Source of the DNA: Octopus sinensis
Taxonomy: Eukaryota
Length of the DNA: 64,000 bases
Assembly: GCF_006345805.1 (NCBI RefSeq)
Contig: NC_042997.1
Coordinates: forward strand, 179,242,001 to 179,306,000
Direction of reading: 5' to 3'
Positions 1 to 11,720 of the stretch are shown here, piece after piece. The notes below the pieces were generated by a model. That model was not told where the DNA came from. It ran no database searches and saw only the letters and a program-made list of their open reading frames with translations. Both the position numbers and the translations under genes were made by a program. Each line of letters opens with the position of its first letter. Position 1 is the first letter of the stretch.

Positions 1-47
<47 letters not shown>

Positions 48-120
48 ATGTGTGTGTATGTGTGTGTATGTGTGTGTGCATGGGTGTTTGTGTGTGTGCA
101 CGTGTGTGTGTGCGCACACG
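1..120. repeat. (TA)n/(TG)n compound microsatellite; representative of dozens of similar tracts, e.g. 4112-4322, 5990-6200, 17712-17800, 20010-20250, 29220-29330, 29470-29530
   Basis: Direct dinucleotide periodicity. Confidence 0.98.
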
Positions 121-857
121 TGCGTACGTGACAGCGTGTGAGCGTGCGTATAAATGTGTATATTTAATTGAATTCTACGAATATATGTTTTAGACTGTAC
201 ATGTGTACTTGATTTAATCAATGTCCGTTCGTTATATTCAATTAAAACATTTTTATAAGTAAAGTTATAAGTAAATTTAATGCGCATATCGATGTGTGTG
301 TGTGCATATGTGTTGTTTACAGATTGCTTAGATATTTCATTTAAATTTTTATTTAATTATGTTACCTTAACTGTCTCCTCCCGCCCTCTCCCTCTCCCTC
401 TCTCTATATATATAATATCTATATATGTGTGTGTGTGTGTGTTTCTGTATATTTGTGTGCATGTATATTAAAGAAATGTATTAAAAAAATTGACGTAAAA
501 AAATATATAGACAAAATTAAACAGTGATCAGCAAAGCCATTTAATACACTTCAAAATAAATTGCCATAAAATTCTAATCATTTTAGACAATATAAATAAG
601 CATCTTTGTCAGCAGAAAGAAGAAACCTTATGTTTCAATTTATCATATTATGTTCCGTGCTATACAGTCTCCCTCCTTCCCTCACACCTCGCAAGATGTC
701 TGAATTGCTGTTTACATCGACATTTTTCTCACCCTTTCATTGTCTGCCTCTTTGCCCGTCTGTTTTTGTCTCTGTCTCTCTATCCCTCTCCCGATCATAC
801 ATGAACAAATATATGCATGCATGCATGCATATATACATACATACATACATACATACA

Positions 858-891
<34 letters not shown>

Positions 892-1686
892 CATATATGC
901 GTATGTACGAGTGTGTAATATACATATAAAGTTCAAATTATAATGAACGTAAACAAACAAAACGAAGTTTGCTTTAGTAGCTTTGAGATGTCAGAAAGTT
1001 AAAGAACTGATTTTTTAAATCCTCAAACGCAGAATGATGCCAATGTATTTGTGTGTGTGTGTGTGGTGTGTGTGTGTGTGTGTCTATGTATATGTATGTA
1101 TGGAGGCAAGCGTCGATGAATGACTGGATGGCTAAATGAACTGATGGATAGTCAGATGGATGTATACTTGAAATTTTGCACCTGATAAGAATTTATGCTG
1201 TGTTTCCCCTTATTTGGCCTGCAAAACCTCCAGCTTTCTTCATCACCGTTTGTGCAACCCTTCATTCTTTAAATATTAACATCTTGCCGAATATTTTTCC
1301 TAGTTAGTTTATGAATTATGAAACTGCAGCTTTCATTCAATAGAAATACAAATTTTGTAATAATTTCTTCCAGGCGATTTGATACATATATCTGACCTCT
1401 CCAATCATAAGATTATATTGTTAAAAGTGTATTTTGGCTAACGTAACCAAATCAGCAATAGTCCACGCCGAAGTGAATTTTTCCAATCATATTAATGCGA
1501 AATGGAATGTTGACTTACACAACCGAATTTCTATTTTGTTACCTCAACCTACAACATCATAATCAGTTTCGTTTTAATGTGGTTTGTATTTTCGTTTCAG
1601 CTTTTACCAATATGTTTTAAGGCTTCATTTGGTTTCCGTATATTTATCTTCGTTTTGAATTTATTTTCTTTTTCACTCTGTTCCAG

Positions 1687-1773
1687 GTTGTTCTGGCTAC
1701 AGCATCTCATGCAACAGTATTCGAAGGACATCTTTTCACCAGTGGAAATAATGTGCTTAACATGAATATTTGA
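1687..1773 (+). other. Candidate exon (possibly terminal or non-coding) after a very strong splice acceptor
   Basis: Long polypyrimidine tract TATTTTCTTTTTCACTCTGTTCCAG|G ending at 1686. All three frames stop within 30 codons and no protein family is recognised. Confidence 0.2.
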
Positions 1774-2319
1774 ATATACAGATATTTGTTCGTATGTATG
1801 TATGTGCGATGATTTGTTTCTATCTAAAATGTGCGAACATGCCTCACGATATTGCACATCATAACTAAGTTTACAGAAATATTTATAACTATCGTAAAAC
1901 AAAATCGAATACAAAATATATTTATATATTAAACTATATAGCATTCTCAGATAATCTTCGTCCAACAAATCTTACTTTGGCGGTATGTTACATGCTAAAT
2001 CATTTGTCTGAAAGCTGCTAATAAAACATACGATACCACACTATATAAGAGAACGCCCAAGTGTATATAGTTTACGAGAAGTCTGCTGCTTTTTATCTCA
2101 AGGGAAATACCAACTCGTTAACCATTTCGTCTTATTTACATTTTATAATCATTATAAATTCTGATTATAGATACAAAACTGAACTTGGCCCGTCTCAAAT
2201 TCTCTAGTTGTTTTCTTATTCTCATAGATGCTCAACAAACTTCAGACCCAAACAACAGTTCATAACACCCTTCCTCTCTCTCATCTGTTTAAATATTTAT
2301 TTGTACTTTTGTCTGTTCG

Positions 2320-2940
2320 CATCTATATACCTATGTATGTATCTATCTGACTGCCTGTCTATCTATCTATCAATCTATCTACATAGCTAGCTAGATAGTT
2401 GTATCTGTCTCTATTATCTATCTGTCTATTTATCTATCTAACTATATATCTATCTATCTATCAATCTACCTACCTACCTACCTGCCTACCTACCTGCCTA
2501 CCTACCTACCTACCTCTCTATCTATCTATCTATCTATCTATATAAATAACTTGTCCGTCAGTCTGTCTTACTGTTTACATGCCCTATCTAGCCAATTATT
2601 CATATTAATTTATTTAAACATCTACTACCTACCTGCCTACCAGCATACATACATAGCTGTTTTCCCTGAGTCTATCTGACTTTCTTTCTGGCTTTGTATT
2701 TCTCTCTATCTCTATGTAGTCTGTTAATCTATTTATCAATCTAGCTCCTTGTCCTCTAACGTGTAGGTCTCTCATGGAGGATCTCTCACTCCTTTTTTCT
2801 TCCCCTCTCCCTCTTCATCCATTCGCTCATCCATCCGTCCAACTGTTTGTCCGTCTGTACGTCCGTTCATCTGTCCAACCACCCACCCAACCACCCATCT
2901 ACCCATCCATCCATCCATCTATCTATCTATCTATCTATCA
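2320..2940. repeat. Compound tetranucleotide microsatellite region (TATC/CCTA/CATC/CCCA)
   Basis: Direct tetranucleotide periodicity. Confidence 0.9.
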
Positions 2941-3238
2941 AGAATGCGATCGTTGTCCAACTTACATCAAGAAATGCCTTCTCAGAGAAGAATCTATGAC
3001 AGGTCTCCAAAACCAATACTTTGAGCTTCTTCATAACCTCAAGTAGTGCATTTCAATATGCAACACTTCGCAATCTCTAACTTTAGATATACTTTTTTAT
3101 GTTCTTAGACCTAATTTAAAGCTAATTGTAACATATCAGTTATTAAGCTGTATAAACATCTACCTCAGTTAACATCTGCTATCTCTTGCTTTGAATACAC
3201 ACACACACACATGGGCACGCGCAAGCATATATATATAC

Positions 3239-3269
<31 letters not shown>

Positions 3270-3270
3270 C

Positions 3271-3634
3271 AAATAGAGGAGTGTATTTTTTACCTTGTTA
3301 ACAATTAACACGGAAAAAATAAATAAATAGTTACCAGGGCAGCAAAAATCTCACAAGTAAAGGTGTTGTAACTCCTTGTTTATAAAGGTAGAAACTTCGT
3401 GTTTACGTTGAATATTTTTAATAATATGAATAAAAAAATCGCTATACAAATCCATCAATTTTTGCTAAAATGTCTTATTGACGGGTTTCGTTTTTTTCAC
3501 TTTCCCGAGGAGAAGATTGCATTGTTTATACCATTTATTCTTTTGAATAGTATCAGTAGAATTTTCGAAGCATGTGTCGAAAGTAAAAAATATTTGATTA
3601 CACCTGCGTTAACTCCATTTTTTTATTCATATAT
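3271..3634. mobile_element. Short (TA)n-embedded hammerhead-bearing element, family A/B, 5'-inverted copy (PLE-derived or retrozyme-like)
   Basis: 3271-3439 matches 8765-8935 in the same orientation. 3440-3634 matches about 8925-9115 in reverse complement. Flanked by (TA)n on both sides. Confidence 0.8.
3499..3584 (+). ncRNA. Type I hammerhead ribozyme fold with mutated core
   Basis: Stem I ACUUUC(3499-3504)/GAAAGU(3579-84); core CCGAGGA (U4C); stem II GAAGAUU/AAUUUUC; GAAG in place of GAAA; stem III C-AUGU-G; GUC cleavage triplet at 3576-78. Confidence 0.75.
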
Positions 3635-3911
3635 ATATATATATATTATATATATATGGGTGTAGCGATATCGCTGTTGCTCTTGTGGACGTCATCGTTT
3701 GCCGTAGTGTTGGCGCTGCTGCCGCCGATGTTGATGTGGGTGCCGTCGTTAGTAATACTCGGCGTGGTTATCATCCTCGACAGTAGTGTTAGTGTTGGGA
3801 GTCCTTGGCGTCAGTGCTGGTGTTTCGCCCAGATGAACTCGTCAGAGGGAGATAACCGGTCATCGCCGACCCAGATTGTTTGTTTTTGGTTAATTTACTA
3901 AACTAACTCAC

Positions 3912-4042
3912 CATAACGGATTCCTGCCTCCCAGAATTGAAAAGTTATGTCTTCGGCTTTACAGTTTGACGAGCCGTCCATAGGGCTAGGCTCTTTACGG
4001 ATGCGAAGCCATTGGTCACTATATGACCGGACATAGACATAA
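3912..4042 (-). other. Candidate exon, possibly a first coding exon ([23 protein letters not shown] from ATG at 3981)
   Basis: Consensus donor G|GTGAGT at 3911-3906, possible acceptor TGTGCAG at 4043, an open frame, and CpG-rich sequence downstream at 3660-3890. No family recognised. Confidence 0.3.
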
Positions 4043-4109
4043 CTGCACATAGATACATTACTGCTTGATGCTTTAGCGTGTTTCTTTTTCGGATATATGA
4101 TACATTGAC

Positions 4110-4155
<46 letters not shown>

Positions 4156-4243
4156 CACATATATATATACATATATACATGGATGTATACATGCATATGT
4201 GTGCATACACGCATATGTATATGTATATATATATTTATATGTA

Positions 4244-4285
<42 letters not shown>

Positions 4286-4290
4286 TATAT

Positions 4291-4323
<33 letters not shown>

Positions 4324-4661
4324 TAACGGGCGAAGCAAAGATGTGCCTGTGAAGCTCTTTGTAAGTGGTAGCACTGTCATTAAGCATTGTATGCTGTAAT
4401 CTGTAAAATAGCAAATACATCCGTATATTCCATGTTTGTGGTTTCTTTATTTATGTGCAAGTAAATCTCATTCATATAATATCACTCCATTTAGGTTTAT
4501 TTCCTTTTTGCATGCATTGCATTGTTTCGTACTCATAAATAACTGAAGAAAGTCGAGAATCTACAAATTATCCAGTGTATATCTGCGCTGTCGCTTAGCT
4601 GCAGAATAATGTTTATATTGAACATATATAGAATAACCAAAATTAGTAATACATCTTCAAG

Positions 4662-4765
4662 TTCCCCGAACGAGCTGCGTCGCCACACATTGCATCAGCA
4701 TTCTCTATATGTCCTCAATTTGATGTCTCTACAATGTTGAGTCGTTCCTGTTTCCTATTAGGGCG
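4662..4765 (+). other. Candidate exon (…MLSRSCFLLG, phase-2 end)
   Basis: Consensus donor GCG|GTAAGT at 4766; frame open from 4650; ATG at 4734. Confidence 0.25.
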
Positions 4766-5792
4766 GTAAGTCTCCAAAATGTAACTATAACGTGCCTTAA
4801 AGGTTAATAGGCTGCAATTTCTAATATGCCCTCCCTTATGTCATACGTGCAGTTGTTTCTGAAATAAGTACAGAACAACAGAATATATAATACTGATCAA
4901 TCTTAACCCTTGCTAATTCCAAACCTAATTTCGGTCACGAACTTTGCTTTGCGTTCATCAGTAGGGATAAAAAACTATAAAAAATAAAACCTTATAATAT
5001 AATGAAATTAATCAGCTCAAAGTATCAAGGTATATTCGAGGCACAAATGAAACAAATACTAATATTGTTCATGAAACTATCTACAGAAGTTACCCTACAT
5101 TTAGGATGATCATACTTCCTGAAAAATGAGGGGATATTTATCATTACGATTTGATATTTTTGCTCATATTATTGTTTTTGTTATATATTTCATTAGTCAT
5201 TTCTAAATAACTTTGTATCATATATCACAATCTTCTTAGCATCCATTAATTCTTCTAAATTATTGCCCTTATTGAACACACCAATGATCAATATTATTTC
5301 TTGGTGTACAAATTTTAGGGGAAGATATAGCTTTGTTTTTAACAAATCTAATTCAGAATCATGTAATTACAGGCTAAGACACATTTCAAGGCACCGTAGA
5401 CAAATGTCTTCAACTCTAGCATAGAGTTTGCCAATATATTTTGAACAGAATCCTATGGTCACATTTGGTCGCCAAAATTAGATCCGACCTTAGGTCACAA
5501 GAAGGAATTACGAATATTTCGTACTTAAATTTCTGAATTGCGTTTAAAGTCAATTACGAAAACTGACCGAATTTCAGTTCTCTCCAAAATACTTCAGAAT
5601 ACCGAGGTGTTCATAAAAAGAGCACTAACATACCAATACAGAAACAGCCACTATATGTATAATGGGGCTAAGAGACGAAATAAATATATATGAACTAGTA
5701 AAAAAAGTAGAGTAAAGCGTTATTAGTAGCAAAATAATGTATTTATCGATCTGTTTATCCAAATACGTTTTAAGAAATATATTCATTTCCAG

Positions 5793-5817
5793 CAACTCTT
5801 CTGGCAACGGTAACATT
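5793..5817 (+). other. Candidate 25-nt micro-exon (NSSGNGNI)
   Basis: ATTCATTTCCAG| acceptor and |GTGAGT donor. Phase links 4765 (phase 2) to 6487 (phase 0). Confidence 0.2.
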
Positions 5818-6020
5818 GTGAGTGTAACCTCATAAACAAAACAAAATTCTGCAGAGACATTTTCTATAATAGTTCATTATTGGTTGTTCTCAACATTATC
5901 TATGTGTATATGTATTTGTATGTATGTAGACATACACATACATATATGTGTATGCAAAACTATATACTTACATATAAATACACGCATAAATATGTGTATA
6001 TATCTAAGTAAGTATATATA

Positions 6021-6067
<47 letters not shown>

Positions 6068-6105
6068 GCATATATATGTGTACATATGCATGTATATATA
6101 TATAT

Positions 6106-6143
<38 letters not shown>

Positions 6144-6486
6144 CATATGTATATACATATACATATGTGTGTGTGTGCGTAGAGAGAGAGAGAGAGAGAG
6201 ATAGTAAGTGAGAAAACGAGAGATAGATTGAGATACACATATAACTCTGTGTACGTATTTTTACATAAGCTTGTATACACAAAATATATTCCGATATCAA
6301 TGAATGACTACCTATGAAAAACTGGGGCCCACCTAAATGTATTAAAACTTCCCCTTGCGTCTAGTAATAACGTTGTTCCTTTTCATCGCTTCTTCTTCTT
6401 CACCTTTTTCTTAATTTTCTTTTTGTTATCCTCCTCCTCCTCATTATCATATATCATCTTTATTGTTTATCATTTATCATATGTAG

Positions 6487-6622
6487 AATACTTTCGTCTG
6501 TAAACAAAAGTTAGATACATCTCTCAAAACGTCTAAGGAGAGACACTGTAGTTCCTACCGTATTTCTGATTTCGGTATCACAGTGCGGCACCTTGGACAA
6601 GCTTTTACAATTGTTGCTACAG
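6487..6622 (+). other. Candidate exon with a kinase-activation-segment-like peptide (NTFVCKQKLDTSLKTSKERHCSSYRISDFGITVRHLGQAFTIVAT)
   Basis: About 80-nt pyrimidine tract then TGTAG| acceptor; CAG|GTAGAG donor; 45 open codons containing ISDFG followed by AFTIVAT. Confidence 0.25.
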
Positions 6623-6784
6623 GTAGAGCAATATCTGCAGGTAGAGGAAATGTTTGTACTTTCTCTCTTTCTCACACACACACACACACACACGCACACA
6701 CACACACACACACACGCACAAACATATCTCTCTGCATATATACATGCATGCATGCAGGGGTAGCAACATTTTTCCCCCCACAAG

Positions 6785-6850
6785 AGTTGCGGACCTCAGC
6801 TCGACTATCAAACTAATTTATGAGCGCACAACAACTGATAAGGCCACTTG
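6785..6850 (+). other. Candidate 66-nt symmetric exon (VADLSSTIKLIYERTTTDKAT)
   Basis: TTTTTCCCCCCACAAG| acceptor, TG|GTAAGG donor, open in phase 2. Confidence 0.25.
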
Positions 6851-7639
6851 GTAAGGAATGACCGCGCTTATTTTCTCTTTTAATAATGCTCTTTGTTCTT
6901 GATCTTGTTTCAACCATGGCTGCCTCTGAGTAGGTATTTGTCTTGTTGCTTACTTTATAGATAGAGATACACATAAAAACCTATGTGTGTACATATATTT
7001 ACGTATGTTTGTCTAAATAAACTATATTTCGATATCAACGGGGAAAATGTGCGCAGAGGATGATGTTCTAGCAAATCTCTTCCCACATTTTCCCCATCCA
7101 CATCTTTTCCCTATGGGGCTCTAACAAAATCCCATAGGTAGAGATGCCAATCTAATTACTTCTCTCCTAAAATTAGTCATAACTTGGCGATCAGTCGACT
7201 TACAACACTGTTCTTCGTCTTGAGTATACTTAGTAGAGTGTGTTTTACCAAGAGATTGGTTGTTTTTAACACATTCACAAGTGGGCTTTGCATAGACTGG
7301 CTGTATGCAAATCAGTTCATTACTGGAGACCGGATCTCTTGTGGGAAAAAAATCGCGCATAGATAGGCTAGTGCGTATTTTTATCTTAAATAGTAAGCTA
7401 CCAATTAAACACCGACTATTACGTTTCACTAATAGCTCAACCTTAATCTCACACTTCTCCTCTTTCTTACACCTGCTCTCTTCTCTCCTAATAAACGTAC
7501 CTTACTCCCACTCCTCAATATTTAAACTCCTCTCTTTTTGCTTTTTCTTCTCATTCTTGAGCATTTCCCTAATAAACATTCATTTCTTTTTATTCTGTAA
7601 AAGTTTATATGCACGGGTGCGATAACATATTTATTTACC

Positions 7640-7962
7640 AAATTAAGTACCAGTTGCGCACAGGGATCGATCTAATCGACTGGCTCCTTCCCCAAAAATT
7701 TTGGGCCTTGCGCCTAGATTACAAATGAATATATTTATTTACCAATGCGCCGAGTTGGCAGAGTCGTTAGCACGCCGGGCGAAATGCTTTGCCGCGGTTC
7801 GTCTGTCTTTATGTTATGAGATCAAATTCCGCCGAGGTTGACTTTGCCTTAGTTTCCTTTTGGGGTTGATAAATTAAGTACCAGTTGCATACTGGAGTCA
7901 AACTAATCGACTGGCCCCCTTCCCAGAAAATGTCGGGCCTTGTGCCTAGAGTAGAAAAGAAT
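7640..7962 (+). mobile_element. tRNA-derived SINE family A (Meta-domain-like centre): 3' fragment 7640-7730 plus full copy 7744-7962
   Basis: Head GCGCCGAGTTGGCAGAGTCGTTAGCAC…GAGATCAAATTCC; centre GGGGTTGATAAATTAAGTACCAG; matches 32919 and 35081. The Meta-domain assignment is from recall. Confidence 0.9.
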
Positions 7963-8472
7963 ATATTTATTTACCGTTGACATAGTAATGTGACTCCAGT
8001 TTAATATTCACAACGCCCTTCGCCTATAGTCAGGATTAATTTAACCTAAATTCCCCCTTCTTTTCCAGCTTTCTCTCTTTCTTTATTCCTAAGAATTTTA
8101 GACCATTGCCCTCTCCCAATTTTTTGACGTCTTCCTTCTTTTCTCTTAACAACCATTTTATTTCTTCATACATTTGTTTTTCACTTAACTTTTTTCTTTA
8201 CTCCATTCTTGGGGCATCACCACTCATTTTAAATTAATTTTCCGGCGAGTTAACTTTGGATTCCTTAACGACAATGTAACCGTTATATAACTAAGGTATC
8301 TTCAGCCTGATGGGCAGCTAGCGGAGGACATCTCGTTGAGTATTTAACACTTCCGAAAAATCTGCTAGGTAAGAAACGTATATAGCCTGGCTTTTACCTG
8401 CTCCATTTAATCAATTTGGATATATATATATATTGGAAGGTTTGGAGATGATGTACAGGTATTATATATTAT

Positions 8473-8744
8473 AAGAAATGAGGTAATCAGAAGATCGGAT
8501 GGTTTATATTTACAGATATTTATTTATATATTACATTTTTTACATATATATCATATTTAGATCATTAGCGCTTTCTCCCATTCTAGTGGGGTTTTCAAAT
8601 CAAAATAATTATTTTGATTTGAAAACCCCACTAGAATGGGAGAAAGCGCTAATGATCTAAATATGATATATATGTAAAAAATGTAATATATAAATAAATA
8701 TCTGTAAATATAAACCATCCGATCTTCTGATTACCTCATTTCTT
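8473..8744. repeat. Perfect spacer-less palindrome (136-bp arms), extendable to 8463-8754 with one mismatch
   Basis: Centre CAAAATAA|TTATTTTG at 8608/8609; arms checked as exact reverse complements; (TA)n flanks. Confidence 0.97.
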
Positions 8745-8764
8745 CTAATATATATATATATATA

Positions 8765-9115
8765 TAGATGAGTGTATTTTTCCCTTGTTAACAATTAACA
8801 CGGAAAATATAAATAAATAATTACCAGGATAGCAAAAACAAAAACACAAGTAAAGAGGTGGTAACTCCTTGTTTTTAAAGGTAGAAACTTCGGGTTTACA
8901 TGGAATGTTTTGTATAATATATAAATAAATAAATGAAGTTTAACGCAGGTCTAAATCAAATACTTTTACTTTCGACACATGGTTCGAAATTTTCACTGAT
9001 ATTATTCAAAACAATAAATGTTATAAACAATACAATCTTCTCTTCAGGGAAGTGAAAAAACGAAACTCGTCAAAAAGACATTTTAACAGAGAATGATGGA
9101 TATGTATAATGATTT
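8765..9115 (-). mobile_element. Short (TA)n-embedded hammerhead-bearing element, family A/B, co-linear copy
   Basis: Roughly 80% similar by eye to both modules of 3271-3634. Order on the minus strand is B (hammerhead) - AT linker - A - (AT)n. Confidence 0.8.
8968..9053 (-). ncRNA. Type I hammerhead ribozyme fold with mutated core
   Basis: Minus strand: ACUUCC / CUGAAGA (9047-9041) / stem II GAAG…UUUC / GAAC in place of GAAA / C-AUGU-G-UC / GAAAGU. Confidence 0.75.
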
Positions 9116-9604
9116 GCTGAACGCTATTAATATTATTTGAAAAAAACGTCATATGATATAACGTCAGAAGTAGCCTATAGAGAGAGGAGGGATATTTATA
9201 GTGAATGTTAAATATAACAGAAAATAATGTTTAAATTATATATGATGATAGAGATTACTTATATGAACTACAGGTATGTTTTTGCCAATGTTTACATCGG
9301 TATGCACGCTCTATAAGCGTGTTTACTAGGGCATTTTTAGAAAAAAATAATGAAAAATAGTTCGGAATTACAGAGAAGACAGAATGCCTTGCATTTGTCA
9401 TAAGGTATTCAGATTGAGAGAATCAACCATTCTAAATTAAAATTGTTCATTGTGGTCTTTTAGATCCCAAATTCATTTACTGAGTCCAGTACTGTTACGT
9501 TTATTCATATCCCTAAATGTTGAGTAATGGATAGAAATTATTTTAGATAACTCTAACGACGTGCTTCCTATGTAAAATCGTACTTTATTACGAGTATTGA
9601 TCAT

Positions 9605-9960
9605 ACATCATTATTTAACGTCCATTGTCCAGGCTGGCATGGATTGGACGGTTTGACCAGGGCCAGCAAGATGGAAGGCTGCACCAGACTCCAGTCTGAT
9701 TTCGCATGGTTTCTACAGCTGGATGTCCTTCCTAATGCTAACCCGTCCGAAAATGTAATGGGTACTTTTTCCTGCTACCGGCATGGGTGCCATTTGCCTG
9801 ACTACGATTTCACTTGTCTTAATGGGTGTTCTTCTTCAGTATGGCATAATACCAATTGTTCTAAGTCATTCGCCATTGTTTCCGTGAGGTCCAACACTTG
9901 AAAGGTGCTTTTGACGTACCACCGGAATCAGCCACTTTGCCTCCTTGAGGCCCAATTTGT
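9605..9960 (-). mobile_element. RTE-type LINE/SINE 3'-tail repeat
   Basis: (CAT)n-TTTAACGTCC terminus and GGATGTCCTTCCTAATGCTAACC motif; second copy at 27985. The RTE assignment is from recall of this motif. Confidence 0.65.
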
Positions 9961-11109
9961 TTATACGTCACTGTTTATCTTCACACCTTTTGATTTTGTC
10001 GGTATTATTTTATTTTAATTTATGTCCCAGATTATATGACTTCGAAAAATTCACAACCATAAAATAAGAGAGAAACTGAAGCAAGTCTTTGTATTGATAT
10101 GATCGTCTAATAATCTTCAAAGTGGTACTCAATACCGAACGCAGCCCAATAACTGAAACCAGTACAAGTTACCAAGCATCTAACAAATGTAGTGTGAGAA
10201 GGTCCTAAGAATATTTAAATGTCCTTATATTGTCATCTCCTAAACGTGCCTATGTCTATAGGTTTAGGTAATTTGTCAGTGACTTTATATATATGACTGA
10301 ATCGGTATAATAGTACAAATTATAAATCATCAGAAGGAAAGTTTTCCTCTCTTCCATTATATATTTAGCAGCTAATTTGTCTGGGGTTTTTTTAGTCTTC
10401 AGTTCTTTTTAACGCAACAGTATAGTCACTTGGTGCAGCTATGTCAATAATTACAGCATTATTGTTATTTTTATCACGGAAAATGATGTTATGGTTACTA
10501 TGTTTTATGTAGATGTTTATGTATACTGCTAAAGTTACACAGCATTTTCACATTGTCATTTCTGAAACGCAGGTGTCAGCGCACAGGAATACGTATGAGC
10601 TTTTACTCAAGGGAGTTGATATTGAGTAATTAGACATATACACAGTACATCTTTCTTGACAGTTCATATTGTTAAGTGTTGATGAGATGCGTGCAGCATT
10701 CTCTTTGGGGATTGTAAAACCTAGTTTGCTTTATTGTATGACTTGGTTTGCTGTTTCTAATGTTATTTTAGTGTGTCGTCTGTTCTCTGAAGTATATGCA
10801 ATGTTATTTACGTTATATGTTTAGATGGTGATGCTTTGTGATTGGTAGTGTCGTACAGTGATCGGGATCAATATTTCAGCGTGGACTATATTACAATACT
10901 GAGGATCTTTTAATATTGCGTAGTGATTATGAACGAGTTATTTTACAGGGTGTTATCGCACAAGACATAGTGTGTATTTGGTTAAAATTTTGCTTCGCAA
11001 CGACTTAGCTTTAGGTCCCATTCTTCTGGATGTTTTCTATATTAACTGCATCCCGAGCAATGCTTTGCGAATAAATGGATTTGTAGGCGGAGATTGTGTA
11101 GAAGTCCGT

Positions 11110-11150
<41 letters not shown>

Positions 11151-11344
11151 CATAGAAGAGAATCAGATATCCTCGTATAGAATACGCTTTCTAGTGCTCA
11201 AGAGGTTTAAATTTGAGCGGGTAGAAAAGTAAATTGAAGGATAAGCGAGTTAGGCAGGTCAATATATTAAATACATGTAATACAAAAAAATGTATTTATC
11301 CTTACATTTAAGTACATATATATATAAATATGTATGATTATCAC

Positions 11345-11720
11345 CATTATTATTATTATTATAATTATTGTTATAACTATTAGCTGCTACATTAGTTAAC
11401 ATGTCTTCAGGTTTTGTGTCTTCAGATCCCTTCATATTTCAAGATCCTTTCTTAGAATTCTTCTTGCAGAATATTGGGTTGCACTTTGCTGTAGGTCGAT
11501 AACACGAGTCTCGATTCCAATATTCTTCAGTCTTTTAGATAACAGATTGGGTGTTATGCCAAATACACCAATTACCATAGGAATTATTGTCCTAGATTTC
11601 TACAATATCTTCATCTTTCTGGCTAGGTCTTTGATATGATTATTATCATAACTGAAATCTTATATTTATTTCCTACTTTCACTGCACAATCTCTGTTAAC
11701 TCAATTTAAATGCACTTGTA
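11345..11720 (-). mobile_element. R4/Dong-clade non-LTR retrotransposon 3' remnant with (TAA)n tail
   Basis: Minus-strand translation …IIPMVIGVFGITPNLLSKRLKNIGIETRVIDLQQSATQYSARRILRKDLEI*, matching the R4-type restriction-like endonuclease C-terminus, followed by (AAT)n. Confidence 0.75.

Noticed and set aside
1597-1968. 123-aa minus ORF ending …FEYCCMRCCSQ… with a faint GPCR C-tail flavour
   Set aside because: Non-ATG start, no good acceptor, crosses a (TATG)n repeat, and no recognisable NPxxY or other family motif.
3823-3845. CUGACGA-GUUC-aucu-GGGC-GAAA on the minus strand, a good hammerhead core plus stem II
   Set aside because: No NUH site with pairing stems I and III could be found in type I, II or III topology in the nearby flanks.
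4925-4965. CUGAUGA…GAAA on the minus strand
   Set aside because: Stem II does not close and helix III/H17 is absent.
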